64,000 nt of DNA from positions 49,818 through 113,817 of the forward strand of contig CAVPJI010000002.1 in assembly GCA_963705215.1 (NCBI GenBank), read 5' to 3'. The notes under the pieces are model-generated. The model did not search any database and had not been told where the DNA came from. It saw only the letters and a program-made list of their open reading frames with translations. Both the position numbers and the translations under genes were made by a program. This document shows positions 21,778-31,323 of this stretch, piece by piece (positions within the stretch are counted from its first letter, which is position 1; each line of letters starts with the position of its first letter). The stretch is from an uncultured Chloroflexia bacterium. GTDB lineage: Bacteria; Chloroflexota; Limnocylindria; Limnocylindrales; CSP1-4.

Positions 21778-22893
21778 GTGAACCTGTCGGTCATCCAGGA
21801 GAACCTCGCCCGCGGCCTCTCGGTCGTCACCCACGCGGTGTCAGGTCGAAACACGCTGCCGGTACTCGCCAACGTCCTGCTCCGCACCGAGGATGCCGGA
21901 CTGAAGCTCACAGCCACGAACCTCGAGATCGGGATCACGTACTGGGTCCCGGGCAAGATCGAGACCGACGGGGCGATCACCGTCCCAGCACGGCTGCTCG
22001 CGGATGTCGTCAACTCCCTCCCGAACGAGCGGGTCGACCTCGAGCTCCGCGACGGCGATCGGCTCCACCTCCGGTGTGGACGCTTCGAGACGCATCTCCG
22101 CGGAATCAACGCCGACGAGTTCCCTGCGATCCCCGCCGCAGGCGAGCGGCCGACCACGCGGGTGAGCCAGAAGGTTCTCCGGCGCGCCCTGGCAGAGGTC
22201 ACGTTCGCCGCGGCGAGCGACGAGGCCCGCCCGATCCTGACCGGCGTGCTCACCCGCTTCGAGGGCGACCGGATCACGCTGGCCGCAGCCGACAACTACC
22301 GGATCGCGATCACCGTCGTCCCCGGCCTCGACGCGGTCGAGGAGACGAGCATCGTCGTCCCGGCCCGGTCGTACGCCGAGCTGGCACGCGTGCTCTCCGA
22401 CACCGACGACCCAGTCGAGATCATCCTGTCCGCCCAGAAGAACCAGGTCCTCTTCCACGTGGAGGGCGTCGACCTCGTCAGTCGCCTCATCGATGGCCAG
22501 TTCCCCAACTACCAGCAGGTCCTCCCGGCGACGTACGCGACGCGGGTCGAGCTCGACCGCGACGACCTGCTCAAGGCCGTTCGCCTGGCGGCCTACATCG
22601 CGAGCGCCTCGGCTAACATCGTCAAGGTGCAGGTGGCCCCAGATGGCGCGCCGCAGGTGACCGTGGGGGCTGTGGCGGACGTCGGCGACCACCAGGGCGT
22701 CGTCGACGCGACGATCGAGGGGGATGGCACAACGATCGCCTTCAACGCCCGGTACCTGGGCGACGTCCTCCAGAACGTGGACGCCGACCGCTTCATCATC
22801 GAGCTGAACGGGCCCCTTTCGCCGGGCGTCTTCCGGCCGGCCGACGGGCGTGACTACACGCACGTCGTGATGCCGGTCCGGACGACCTCCTAG
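21778..22893 (+). CDS. dnaN: DNA polymerase III beta sliding clamp
   Basis: LKLTATNLEIGI, DEARPILTGV, LAAADNYRIA, LIDGQFPNYQQV, IAFNARYL, VVMPVR. Confidence 0.97.
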   Translation: MNLSVIQENLARGLSVVTHAVSGRNTLPVLANVLLRTEDAGLKLTATNLEIGITYWVPGKIETDGAITVPARLLADVVNSLPNERVDLELRDGDRLHLRCGRFETHLRGINADEFPAIPAAGERPTTRVSQKVLRRALAEVTFAAASDEARPILTGVLTRFEGDRITLAAADNYRIAITVVPGLDAVEETSIVVPARSYAELARVLSDTDDPVEIILSAQKNQVLFHVEGVDLVSRLIDGQFPNYQQVLPATYATRVELDRDDLLKAVRLAAYIASASANIVKVQVAPDGAPQVTVGAVADVGDHQGVVDATIEGDGTTIAFNARYLGDVLQNVDADRFIIELNGPLSPGVFRPADGRDYTHVVMPVRTTS

Positions 22894-22932
22894 GCGGAGC
22901 CCCGGGAGGCCGGGCTCCCGCCCGGCACGACC

Positions 22933-24084
22933 CTGCTCACCACGCTGCGCCTCTCTGGCTTCCGTGCCTACGAGGCGCTCGAGGCGGCCTTCGGCCCTGG
23001 CCCCCACCTGGTCTGGGGCCAGAACGCCGCGGGCAAGACCAGCCTCCTCGAGGCGATCGTGCTCCTGTCCCGGGGCTCCTCGCATCGGACTGGCGCGGAC
23101 GTCGAGATGATCCGCTGGGCCGCGCCGTTCGCTCGCGTGGACGGGCGCCGCGCCGGTGCCGGCGGCGCGGCCGAGGTGGACGTGACGCTGGTGCGTGACG
23201 GCCCGTCGGGCGGCCGGAAGCGGATCCGCGTCAACGGCGTGCCACGGCGCGGCAGCGCGCTGGTTGGCGTCCTGCGCACGGTGGTCTTCGCGCCCGAGGA
23301 GATGCTTCTCGTCGTCGGTGCCCCCAGCCTGCGCCGGGCAGCCCTCGACGCACTGGCGTCCCAGCGCTTCCCGGCCTACGCCGCCGACCTCTCCGCGTAC
23401 GGGCGCGTGCTGACCCAGCGCAACCACCTGCTCCGGGCGATCCGCGAGGAGCAGGCGTCCCGCGACCAGCTCGCCTTCTGGGACGCGAAGCTGCTGGAGT
23501 CCGGGGCGGCAGTCCTGGCGGCCCGCCACCTTCTGCTGGGCGAGCTGGCCGCCCCCTTGGCATCAGCCCATGCGGAGATCGCCCCGGACGAGGGCCGCCT
23601 GGGGCTGTCGTACGTCACGAACGCCCCCGCCGGGGACGGCGAGACGCCCGCCGCCGCCCTCGCCCGGCGCCTGCGCGAGACGGCGGAGAAGGAGCTCTGG
23701 AACGGCACGACCCTGGTCGGCCCTCACCGCGACGACCTCGCCTTCGCACTCGACGGCCGGGAGCTCTCCTCGTTCGCCTCGCGCGGCCAGCAGCGGACCG
23801 CCATCCTCGCCCTCAAGCTCGCCGAGCTCGACCTCCTCACCACCCTCGACGGTGCGCCGCCCCTCCTGCTGCTGGACGACGTCTTCTCCGAGCTGGATCC
23901 CGCCCGTCGGGCGCACCTCGTCCGGCGGATCGCGGCCCTGCCCCAGGCGTTCGTGACGACCACGACGCTCGACGACCTCGATCCGGGTCTCCGCGCGGCC
24001 GGGACGGCATGGCGCGTGGACGGAGCGCCGCCAGGGCCCGGCGCTGCCGGCCCCGGCGCCCGGCTGGTCGAGGCGTCGGCGTGA
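22933..24084 (+). CDS. recF: DNA replication/repair protein RecF (start non-canonical; CTG 22933 tentative)
   Basis: LRLSGFRAY, GQNAAGKTSLLEAI Walker A, GPHRDDL, SRGQQRT, LLLDDVFSELD; Walker A lies upstream of first canonical start 23059. Confidence 0.9.
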   Translation: MLTTLRLSGFRAYEALEAAFGPGPHLVWGQNAAGKTSLLEAIVLLSRGSSHRTGADVEMIRWAAPFARVDGRRAGAGGAAEVDVTLVRDGPSGGRKRIRVNGVPRRGSALVGVLRTVVFAPEEMLLVVGAPSLRRAALDALASQRFPAYAADLSAYGRVLTQRNHLLRAIREEQASRDQLAFWDAKLLESGAAVLAARHLLLGELAAPLASAHAEIAPDEGRLGLSYVTNAPAGDGETPAAALARRLRETAEKELWNGTTLVGPHRDDLAFALDGRELSSFASRGQQRTAILALKLAELDLLTTLDGAPPLLLLDDVFSELDPARRAHLVRRIAALPQAFVTTTTLDDLDPGLRAAGTAWRVDGAPPGPGAAGPGARLVEASA

Positions 24085-24446
24085 GCCCGGCACGCCCCTT
24101 CGACGACCCGCGACGGCCGACCCGCCGTCCCGTACGCCGAATCGGCGAGCTTCTTCCCGACGCCGCCCGGGAGCTGGGAATCACGGAGCAGCTGCGCTGG
24201 GCGCTCGCGGGAGCCGCCTGGGAGGAGGTGGTCGGCGGGCTGGTTCCGGGCGCGGCCGGCGGGTCCCGCCCGGTGCGGATAGAGGGACACGGGACGCTGG
24301 TGGTCGAGGCGGCGTCGGCCGTCGTCGGGCAGGAGCTGCGAATCCGGGAGGAGGAGCTCCTCGAGGCGTTCGGCGGGCGACAGGGCGGCATCCGGGCCGA
24401 GCGGCTACGGGTCGTGGTGGGCCGGGGTATGATCCGGTCGCCCTAG
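24081..24446 (+). CDS. DUF721/DciA-like protein
   Basis: Position after recF with GTGA overlap; W-EEVVG...GTLVVEAASAVVGQEL pattern. Confidence 0.75.
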   Translation: MSPARPFDDPRRPTRRPVRRIGELLPDAARELGITEQLRWALAGAAWEEVVGGLVPGAAGGSRPVRIEGHGTLVVEAASAVVGQELRIREEELLEAFGGRQGGIRAERLRVVVGRGMIRSP

Positions 24447-24525
24447 GCCGGGCGAGCCGCCCGCACGCGGCTCGAACTGGCCGGCCGGCGTCACGCCGAC
24501 CACCTCTCCACCGTCGTGTGAGCCG

Positions 24526-26796
24526 ATGGCCGTCCGATTGCAGATGAAGCTCGGCGTGGTCGCCGAGGCCGAACGCCTGGAGGACTCCCCGGACACGATC
24601 GCCGTCGTCGAGCCGACGATCGGGGCGACGACGCGGTCCAAGGGGAGTCTCTATATCGTCGTCTCCGGAATCGGGCGCGCCCGGCGCCTCCAGGAGGCCA
24701 CCCGGCTCGTCGCGGACACGGTGCAGGGCGAGTACTACTACGACGAGTCGGCGGGGCTGATCGCCTGCCTGGAGAAGTCGATCCGGACCGCCAACCGGAA
24801 GCTCGCCGCGAGCAGCGATCGCCTGGGCCTCGGCGACGCTGCCGGCTCCGTCGGGCTGGGTGTCGCGGTGGTGCGCGGCAGCGAGCTCTACGTGACGACG
24901 GTAGGCCCCGTGGAGGCCTACCTCGTCCACCAGGCGCACCTCCTGACGCTCCCCGACCCCAGCGCCGACAGCGTGCTGCCCGCGGACGACCTCGCGCCGC
25001 ACATCTGGCGCGGCGAGGTGGCGGCGGGCGACACGCTCGTCCTGGTCTCGCGCAACATCATGGCGGTGCTCGGCGCCGACGAGCTGAAGGACGCGCTCAA
25101 CACGCTGCATCCCCAGGCGGCGATGGAGCGTGTCCACGCACGCTTCACGGCCGCCGGTGGCACCGGCAGCGACGGGGCCATCGCCATCGAGGCGGTGGAG
25201 GTCTCGTCGACAAGCCAGCGGGGCCGCCTGGTTCCCGTCCGGCCACCTGAGCCGCTGGCCGGCGCCCCCGACCGCTCGCCGATCCCACTCGCCGACTCGG
25301 TCGGGGGCGGCGTGGCGGCGGTCAGCTCAGGGGCCACCCGCGCCCGCTCAGCCGCCGGCCGTGCCGCCGGAGGCGCCGTCACCAGGTTCCAGGACCTCCT
25401 CCCGCGCCGTGGGCCCCGCTACCGGCGCGTCACGCCCGCGGCGACGCGCCGGGAGTCACAGCGGCGAGCCGCCGTCGCCGTGCTGGCCTTCATCGCGATC
25501 GCGGCGACCCTGGGCATGGTGCTCTGGATCGCCGGGGGACCCGGCAGTGGCGGCGTCATCGATGAGGTGACCGCCGGCGAGAAGGCGCTCGCGCTCGCCC
25601 GCGATGACCTTCGGCTCGTCTTCCGCAACGGCGCCGACCTCGTGGTCGATGATCCAGCCAAGGCAGAGGAGCTCCTGCGGGACGCCCACGCGCGGCTCGA
25701 CGAGGCCGCCGCCAACGGCGTCCCGGCCACGACGCTCCGCCCGCTCCGCGCCGAGGTCACCGGGGGCCTCGACGACCTGTATGGCGTTGTCGACGTGGCC
25801 CCGCGGACGGCCTTCTCGTTCGAGGGCCAGGAGCAACCCTTCGACCTCACGGCGATGGTGCTGGGGCCGGATGGCGTCCCCTACGTCCTCGATCAGGCGA
25901 CGAAGACCGTCTACCGGGTCGACCTGCGGGCCAAGAAGGCCACCGCGGTCGTGCGCTCCGGGGCGACCGTGGGGGGAGCGAAGGTCGGCGACCCGAAGCT
26001 TCTTGCGACGGGCGGCCCGGACGTCGTCGTGGTCGACGCCAAGAACGCGCTGTGGCGGTGGCGCCCAGCCGACCCCAAGGGCAAGGGGACGCTGGCCCGC
26101 ATCCGTGTCGCCGAATCGGCGACGTGGGGCGCCGACATCCTCGCGATCGGCACGTACGTCCGCAACGCCGACGACGGCCTCTACAACCTCTACGTGCTGG
26201 ACCCCTCGGAGCAGCAGATCCTGCGCTACTCGCCGGCCCAGGACGGTAGCGGCTACCCGGCCCCCGCCTCCGGGTACCTCACGACGCCCCAGGACGTGTC
26301 CGCCGTCACCTCGATGTACATCGACGGCGAGGTCTACCTTGCGGACGCCGGGGTCATCGAGCGGTTCGTCGCGGGACGGAGCGGCGACTGGAGCCCCCAG
26401 GCGCCGCCCGACGACCTCCTGAGGCCGGCGCCAGCCTACCGGGTGATCACGTCGCCGGGGACCCGTGGCGAAGGGGCCATGTACGGGTACGACCACATCA
26501 GCGACCGGATCATCGCCTTCGACAAGGCGAACGGGAAGTACCAGGCCCAGTTCCGGATCGCGGGGCAGGGCAAGGACTGGGCCGACCTGCGGGCGTTCTT
26601 CGTCGTGAACCGGGCGAGCGGGCAGGCCCCGATCCTCTACTGGATCGATGCGCAGCGCATCGGCGTGGCGACGCTCCAGGACATCTCCACGCCGCCGACG
26701 CCTCCACCGGCTGGCTCGGGGAGCCCCGTCGCGTCCCCGGCGGGCTCGGCCAAGCCGACCGCGAAGCCCAAGCCGAGCGCGACGCCCGCCCCGTAG
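24526..26796 (+). CDS. membrane protein: PP2C-like N-terminal domain lacking catalytic Asp residues, TM helix, extracellular beta-propeller-like domain
   Basis: VGPVEAYL, GDTLVLVSRNI and GGTGSDG at PP2C motif positions; TM AAVAVLAFIAIAATLGMVLWI; YVLD repeats. Confidence 0.6.
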   Translation: MAVRLQMKLGVVAEAERLEDSPDTIAVVEPTIGATTRSKGSLYIVVSGIGRARRLQEATRLVADTVQGEYYYDESAGLIACLEKSIRTANRKLAASSDRLGLGDAAGSVGLGVAVVRGSELYVTTVGPVEAYLVHQAHLLTLPDPSADSVLPADDLAPHIWRGEVAAGDTLVLVSRNIMAVLGADELKDALNTLHPQAAMERVHARFTAAGGTGSDGAIAIEAVEVSSTSQRGRLVPVRPPEPLAGAPDRSPIPLADSVGGGVAAVSSGATRARSAAGRAAGGAVTRFQDLLPRRGPRYRRVTPAATRRESQRRAAVAVLAFIAIAATLGMVLWIAGGPGSGGVIDEVTAGEKALALARDDLRLVFRNGADLVVDDPAKAEELLRDAHARLDEAAANGVPATTLRPLRAEVTGGLDDLYGVVDVAPRTAFSFEGQEQPFDLTAMVLGPDGVPYVLDQATKTVYRVDLRAKKATAVVRSGATVGGAKVGDPKLLATGGPDVVVVDAKNALWRWRPADPKGKGTLARIRVAESATWGADILAIGTYVRNADDGLYNLYVLDPSEQQILRYSPAQDGSGYPAPASGYLTTPQDVSAVTSMYIDGEVYLADAGVIERFVAGRSGDWSPQAPPDDLLRPAPAYRVITSPGTRGEGAMYGYDHISDRIIAFDKANGKYQAQFRIAGQGKDWADLRAFFVVNRASGQAPILYWIDAQRIGVATLQDISTPPTPPPAGSGSPVASPAGSAKPTAKPKPSATPAP

Positions 26797-26857
26797 CTGA
26801 CGCGGACCGGCGGTCGCCCGCCGGTCCGCGCGCGATGTCGCGTGGGATAATCGCCCC

Positions 26858-27388
26858 ATGAACGGGCGCCTGGTGGAGATGGCCGTCGAGAGCGTACGGG
26901 TGCACATGCTCTCGACCCAGCACGTCGTGATCCTCAGGGACCTGGCGCGCCCGCGCTTCCTGCCGATCTGGATCGGGCCGTGGGAGGCGAACGCGATCGC
27001 GATGAAGCTCCAGGGGCTCACCCCCGAGCGGCCGCTCACGCATGACCTGTTCGCGGGCGTCCTGGCGGAGCTGGGGGCGACGATCCGCGAGGTCGTCATC
27101 GCCGATCTGGCCGACGAGACGTTTCATGCCCGGATCCTCCTGGAGGCCGGCGGCCGGGTCCTCGAGGTCGACTCGCGGCCGTCCGACGCCCTGGCGCTCG
27201 CGGTGCGGATGGGCGTGCGCATCTTTGCGACGGAGGAGGTCCTCGATCGGGCCGCGGTGGAGGGCGACGGGGACGACGACGAGGAGGCTCCCGACGAAGA
27301 GCGCCTCTCGATCTTCCGCGACTTCGTGAACTCCCTCGACGCGGAGCCCGGGTCGAGCGGGCCCCGTGAAGGGCCCCCGCTCGAGTAG
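26858..27388 (+). CDS. bifunctional nuclease family protein (DUF151)
   Basis: FLPIWIGPWEANAI, PERPLTHDL, DETFHARI, VDSRPSDALALAVR. Confidence 0.93.
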   Translation: MNGRLVEMAVESVRVHMLSTQHVVILRDLARPRFLPIWIGPWEANAIAMKLQGLTPERPLTHDLFAGVLAELGATIREVVIADLADETFHARILLEAGGRVLEVDSRPSDALALAVRMGVRIFATEEVLDRAAVEGDGDDDEEAPDEERLSIFRDFVNSLDAEPGSSGPREGPPLE

Positions 27389-27414
27389 GAGGGCGGGGCT
27401 CGGCGCGGCGAGCG

Positions 27415-28197
27415 TCAGGCTCCGGGGGCGGCGATCACGATCGCCTCGCCGCGGCGCAGGGCGCGGGCCCGGTTCGACCACATGCGCAGCCGGAGCCCCC
27501 AGAAGTCCTTGACCGCGCGCCAGATGACCGAGGGGTGGGCGCCCGTCGGGGAGCCGGCTGTTCGCGGATAGTGGGGCACCCCCACCTCGACGACCTCCCG
27601 GCCGGCGGCGCGCATCTTGATGAGCAGCTCGGCCGAGAAGAAGGCACCGCCCAATTCGACCCGGACGCCTTCGAGCGCGGCACGCCGGAAGAGCTTGCAG
27701 GCGCAGTCCACGTCGCGGACCCGGAGACCGAACCAGACGCGATTCGCGAGCTTGTAGAGCCGGGCGTAGATCGTGCGGATCGGCGGATCGGCTCGCCTGA
27801 TGCGGTAGCCGACGACGGCGTCCGGGGCATCAGCCTCGTCGAGCCGAGCAACCAGCCGACCGAGGTCGGCAACTCGAAACTGGCGATCCCCGTCGGTGAA
27901 GCAGACGAGGTCGTAGCGGGCCGCCCGGAAGCCTGAACGGAGCGCCGCACCGTAGCCCAGGTTCACCGGGTGGTGGATCGCGCGGACGATGTCCGGATAG
28001 GCGCTCGCGAGGCGATCGGCGATGGCCGGGGTCGCGTCCTTCGAGCCGTCGTCGACGGCGATGATCTCGAAGCGGTCAGCGAGAGCCGGCAACGCGCCCA
28101 GGGCCTCCTCCACGAGCGCCTCGAGGTTGGCCTCCTCGTTGTGGGCCGGGAAGAAGTACGAGAGGGCGGCGACGCGGGCCGGAGTGTCGAGGCTCAT
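27415..28197 (-). CDS. GT2 polyprenol-phosphate mannose synthase-like glycosyltransferase
   Basis: FPAHNEE, AVDDGSKD, NLGYGAALRSG, FTDGDRQF, DVDCACKLFRR. Confidence 0.85.
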   Translation of the reverse strand: MSLDTPARVAALSYFFPAHNEEANLEALVEEALGALPALADRFEIIAVDDGSKDATPAIADRLASAYPDIVRAIHHPVNLGYGAALRSGFRAARYDLVCFTDGDRQFRVADLGRLVARLDEADAPDAVVGYRIRRADPPIRTIYARLYKLANRVWFGLRVRDVDCACKLFRRAALEGVRVELGGAFFSAELLIKMRAAGREVVEVGVPHYPRTAGSPTGAHPSVIWRAVKDFWGLRLRMWSNRARALRRGEAIVIAAPGA

Positions 28198-28247
28198 GGC
28201 GCCATCGTAGCGGCCCGAGCCCCGCGCGGTGGCGGAGCGCATGGCCG

Positions 28248-29795
28248 TCACGCCTCGGGCCGCGGGCCGATCACCCGATAGAGCGGCTGGATGCCACCTG
28301 GATCGGGAACGATCTCCAGGATCCACGTCTCCTCGAGCGCATTGATCTCGGCGGGGTGGCGCACGAGGAAGACTGGCCGCACCGCGACGTTCGCCCGGAT
28401 GACATCGTCCACGCTTCCCAGGCTCTCGTCGAGGCGGTCGCGGTCGTCGACGACCTGGACGTCGGGCCGCTCACCGAGGACGACGGTGCGGTACCAGAGC
28501 GGTGTGGAGAAGCTCCACCACGAGACGATCACCGCGTCCGTGCCCATGGCCGCGAGGGCCCAGCGGCTCCAGTCCGTCGCCCGCGCGTCGTTGGACATGT
28601 CGACCCGCGAGGCTGTGGCGGGGGCGGCCGCGGCCGCCGGGAGTATCAGCGCGACGGCCAGGACGCCCGCGAGGACGCGCGCCCCCAGGCGGCCCCGCCC
28701 TTCCACGGCGGGCAGGAGGGCATCCACGAGGAGTCCGGCGGCGACACCCAGCCAGGCGACCATGACGAGCACGGGCCCCAGGTAGTAGCGGTCGATCGAG
28801 GCATTCGTGTACGAGGACGCGAACCAGCAGGTGACGACCAGCCATGTGCCGGTGAGGAGGACGAACCGGGGGCGCCGCAGGGCGGCCAGCAGGAACGCCG
28901 CGGGCACGGCCACCGCGAGGGCGCCGAGCTGGTCGCCGACGATCCTCACGAGGTCGGCGACCTTGCGCCCGAGATCGCCGAAGGGGTCGACCAGGTCCCC
29001 GCGGAACTGCTCTCCCAGGACGACGTACCAGAAGCCGGCCCACGTGTCCGGATGCCCGTACACGAGGGGAGCGCCCATTGCTGCGCGGATCGGCAGCTCC
29101 AGGTAGACGGCAACCGTGGTGCCGATCAGCGCTCCCGCACAGAGGCCAACCAGGCGCGGGCTGCGGAGGATCCGGCGGTCGACGGCCAGCACGAAGAGGG
29201 CGATGCCGGGCGCCAGCAGGATCGTCAACGTGTGGTTCCCCAGCATTGCCCCGTAGAGGGCGGCGGCGGCCACGAGCCAGCGGTCGGCCCGGGGCGACCC
29301 TGCGTGCCCGCTCCGCTCCCAGCCCACGAGCAGCACCAGCAGCCCCGCCATGAGCGCGAGATGGAGGGTGTGCGGGTCGGCGAAGCCACCCATCCGCCAG
29401 GGGATGGGCGTGAGCACGAGGAGCAGCCCGGCACCCACGGCGACGCTTGTCCGGCCCGCCAGCTGGCGCACGAGGACGACCGTGAGGCCGGCGGCCACGG
29501 CAAGCAGGAGCGCCGAGAGCAGGTTCATCCGGAGGGCTGCTTCGCCGAGCGGTGTCAGCACGATGGTCGCGAGCCAGCCCAGGATGACGTAGCTGGGGTA
29601 GCCGGTCGGGTGGGCCGTGCCGAGGACCGGCGGCACGGACTGGAACTCACCGGTGTCCCAGAACCCCTGGCCGGGCAGGAGGATGCTGCGGGCGAGGCCG
29701 AGGGCAACGAACCCCACGAGGGCCGGCGCGGCCGCGGCCGCCAGCCAGGCCCCCGACGCGGCCGCGACCCAGGAGCGCGCAGCGGGTCCGGTCAC
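28248..29795 (-). CDS. DUF2723 (TMEM260-like) GT-C glycosyltransferase
   Basis: WDTGEFQ...LGTAHPTGYPSYVILG motif; multiple TM; GTGA overlap with upstream gene. Confidence 0.8.
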   Translation of the reverse strand: MTGPAARSWVAAASGAWLAAAAAPALVGFVALGLARSILLPGQGFWDTGEFQSVPPVLGTAHPTGYPSYVILGWLATIVLTPLGEAALRMNLLSALLLAVAAGLTVVLVRQLAGRTSVAVGAGLLLVLTPIPWRMGGFADPHTLHLALMAGLLVLLVGWERSGHAGSPRADRWLVAAAALYGAMLGNHTLTILLAPGIALFVLAVDRRILRSPRLVGLCAGALIGTTVAVYLELPIRAAMGAPLVYGHPDTWAGFWYVVLGEQFRGDLVDPFGDLGRKVADLVRIVGDQLGALAVAVPAAFLLAALRRPRFVLLTGTWLVVTCWFASSYTNASIDRYYLGPVLVMVAWLGVAAGLLVDALLPAVEGRGRLGARVLAGVLAVALILPAAAAAPATASRVDMSNDARATDWSRWALAAMGTDAVIVSWWSFSTPLWYRTVVLGERPDVQVVDDRDRLDESLGSVDDVIRANVAVRPVFLVRHPAEINALEETWILEIVPDPGGIQPLYRVIGPRPEA

Positions 29796-31231
29796 CAGCC
29801 GAGGGTCCGGGCCCAGGCGATACCCCAGGCCTGGATCGCGATGGAGGCCGCCACGAGGACGACCACGACCGCGAGGCGCCCGGGGCGACGCTCCTCCCGC
29901 GGGCCCAGGAACCGCTCCGCCCCCAGCGCCACCGCCACGAGGAGGAAGGGCGCGAAGTCCAGGCTGAACCGATACCCGAACTGGACCCAGCCCTGGCTGA
30001 AGTGCATCAGGTTCACCACCGCGATCGCCGCCGTCGCCACGAGGGCGCCGACGACGCGTCGATCGCGCAGATGCCCCAGGGCCGGGATGGCCAGCAGCCA
30101 GGCCGGGCTGGCCAGCACGAAGCTCATCCCGCGCTGCTCCGGCACGAGCCACGAGCAGCCGGCCGCGCTCCAGGGCGTACGGGCGACGCCGGGGTCGCAG
30201 GGCGGGAGGAGTGTGGGCAGGCCGGCGAGCATGATCCCGAGATTCTGGGGGATGTAGCGGAGATCCTGGAGGGACCACGAGGCCCGGTAGCCGAGATCAG
30301 GGTAGGCGCCGATCTCGTACCGGTAGAGCCCCTCGTAGACGGGGTTGAAGAGCGTTCCCGTCGCCGCCAGGTTGTAGGCGAGGAGCCCGAGGATGGGGAC
30401 GGCCATGCCGATCGCCGCGGACGACCCCCGCCGCCGCCACCCGCCCGCCCCGACGAGCAGCAGGAACGGGAACCCGAACGCGACCGTGAGCCGGCTCGTC
30501 GCGGCCAGCCCGAGCAGGAAGCCGGCGGCCAGCTGGTGGCCGTCGAGCCGTCGCCAGGGGGCTCGCCCTGCCCAGCGCTCCCGCGTTCCGCCGCCCATCC
30601 GCCCCCGCGCCTCCGCGTGCGCCTCGCCGTCGAGGGCGAGCCCGACGGCCGCCAGCGTGAGGCCGACGGCCACGACGTGGGCGAAGTACCAGGTGGAGCC
30701 GAGCGACGCCGCATACCAGAGCGCCGCGCCGGCTCCGATGAAGAGCGTCAGAAGGTTGCGGACCGCCGGACGCACGGCCAACCGGCCGAGGAGCCAGAAC
30801 GCAACCGCCACGTCGAAGGCGCCGATCACGATTGCGAGGAGGGTCTGGTCGGTCGCTAGGCCGAACAGGGCGACGAACGGGAGGAGGACGACCGCCGGAA
30901 GTGGCGGGAACGGGATCATCCCGCGCCCGGTCGGCGCCCCCCGCTCGTCGATGACGACGATCACGTCGTTGAAGTAGTCGTTGCCCGGGCCGGCGGCCGA
31001 TTCGACGACGGGGAACCGGATGGAGAACTGGCCGTCGAGCCAGCCCTCAGCCTGCCAGGCGAAGTGGTTGTAGACGGTCTGGTAGGCCGGCCGAGTGAGC
31101 TGGTAGAGCGCGAAGCAGGCCAGCACGAGACCGAGGCCGACGACCAGCGCGGTCCGGGCCCGGGGGGCGGCCGTCGTGGCAAGGACGCCGCCGGGATCGG
31201 GCGGCGGGCCCTGGGCTATACTCCGGTCCAC
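29792..31231 (-). CDS. GT-C-like polytopic membrane glycosyltransferase (start uncertain, 31231 or 31264)
   Basis: YNHFAWQA, FPPLPAVVLLP, GSTWYFAHV, FGYRFSLD; many TM helices. Confidence 0.65.
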   Translation of the reverse strand: MDRSIAQGPPPDPGGVLATTAAPRARTALVVGLGLVLACFALYQLTRPAYQTVYNHFAWQAEGWLDGQFSIRFPVVESAAGPGNDYFNDVIVVIDERGAPTGRGMIPFPPLPAVVLLPFVALFGLATDQTLLAIVIGAFDVAVAFWLLGRLAVRPAVRNLLTLFIGAGAALWYAASLGSTWYFAHVVAVGLTLAAVGLALDGEAHAEARGRMGGGTRERWAGRAPWRRLDGHQLAAGFLLGLAATSRLTVAFGFPFLLLVGAGGWRRRGSSAAIGMAVPILGLLAYNLAATGTLFNPVYEGLYRYEIGAYPDLGYRASWSLQDLRYIPQNLGIMLAGLPTLLPPCDPGVARTPWSAAGCSWLVPEQRGMSFVLASPAWLLAIPALGHLRDRRVVGALVATAAIAVVNLMHFSQGWVQFGYRFSLDFAPFLLVAVALGAERFLGPREERRPGRLAVVVVLVAASIAIQAWGIAWARTLGW

Positions 31232-31323
31232 CTCAGCGCTCGTTTCAGGAGGCCGTACCAACACCCGTGCCAGGCCCCGCTGCGGGCGAGAGCGCGCGGG
31301 CCGGCGAGCAGGCCCGGGTTCGC

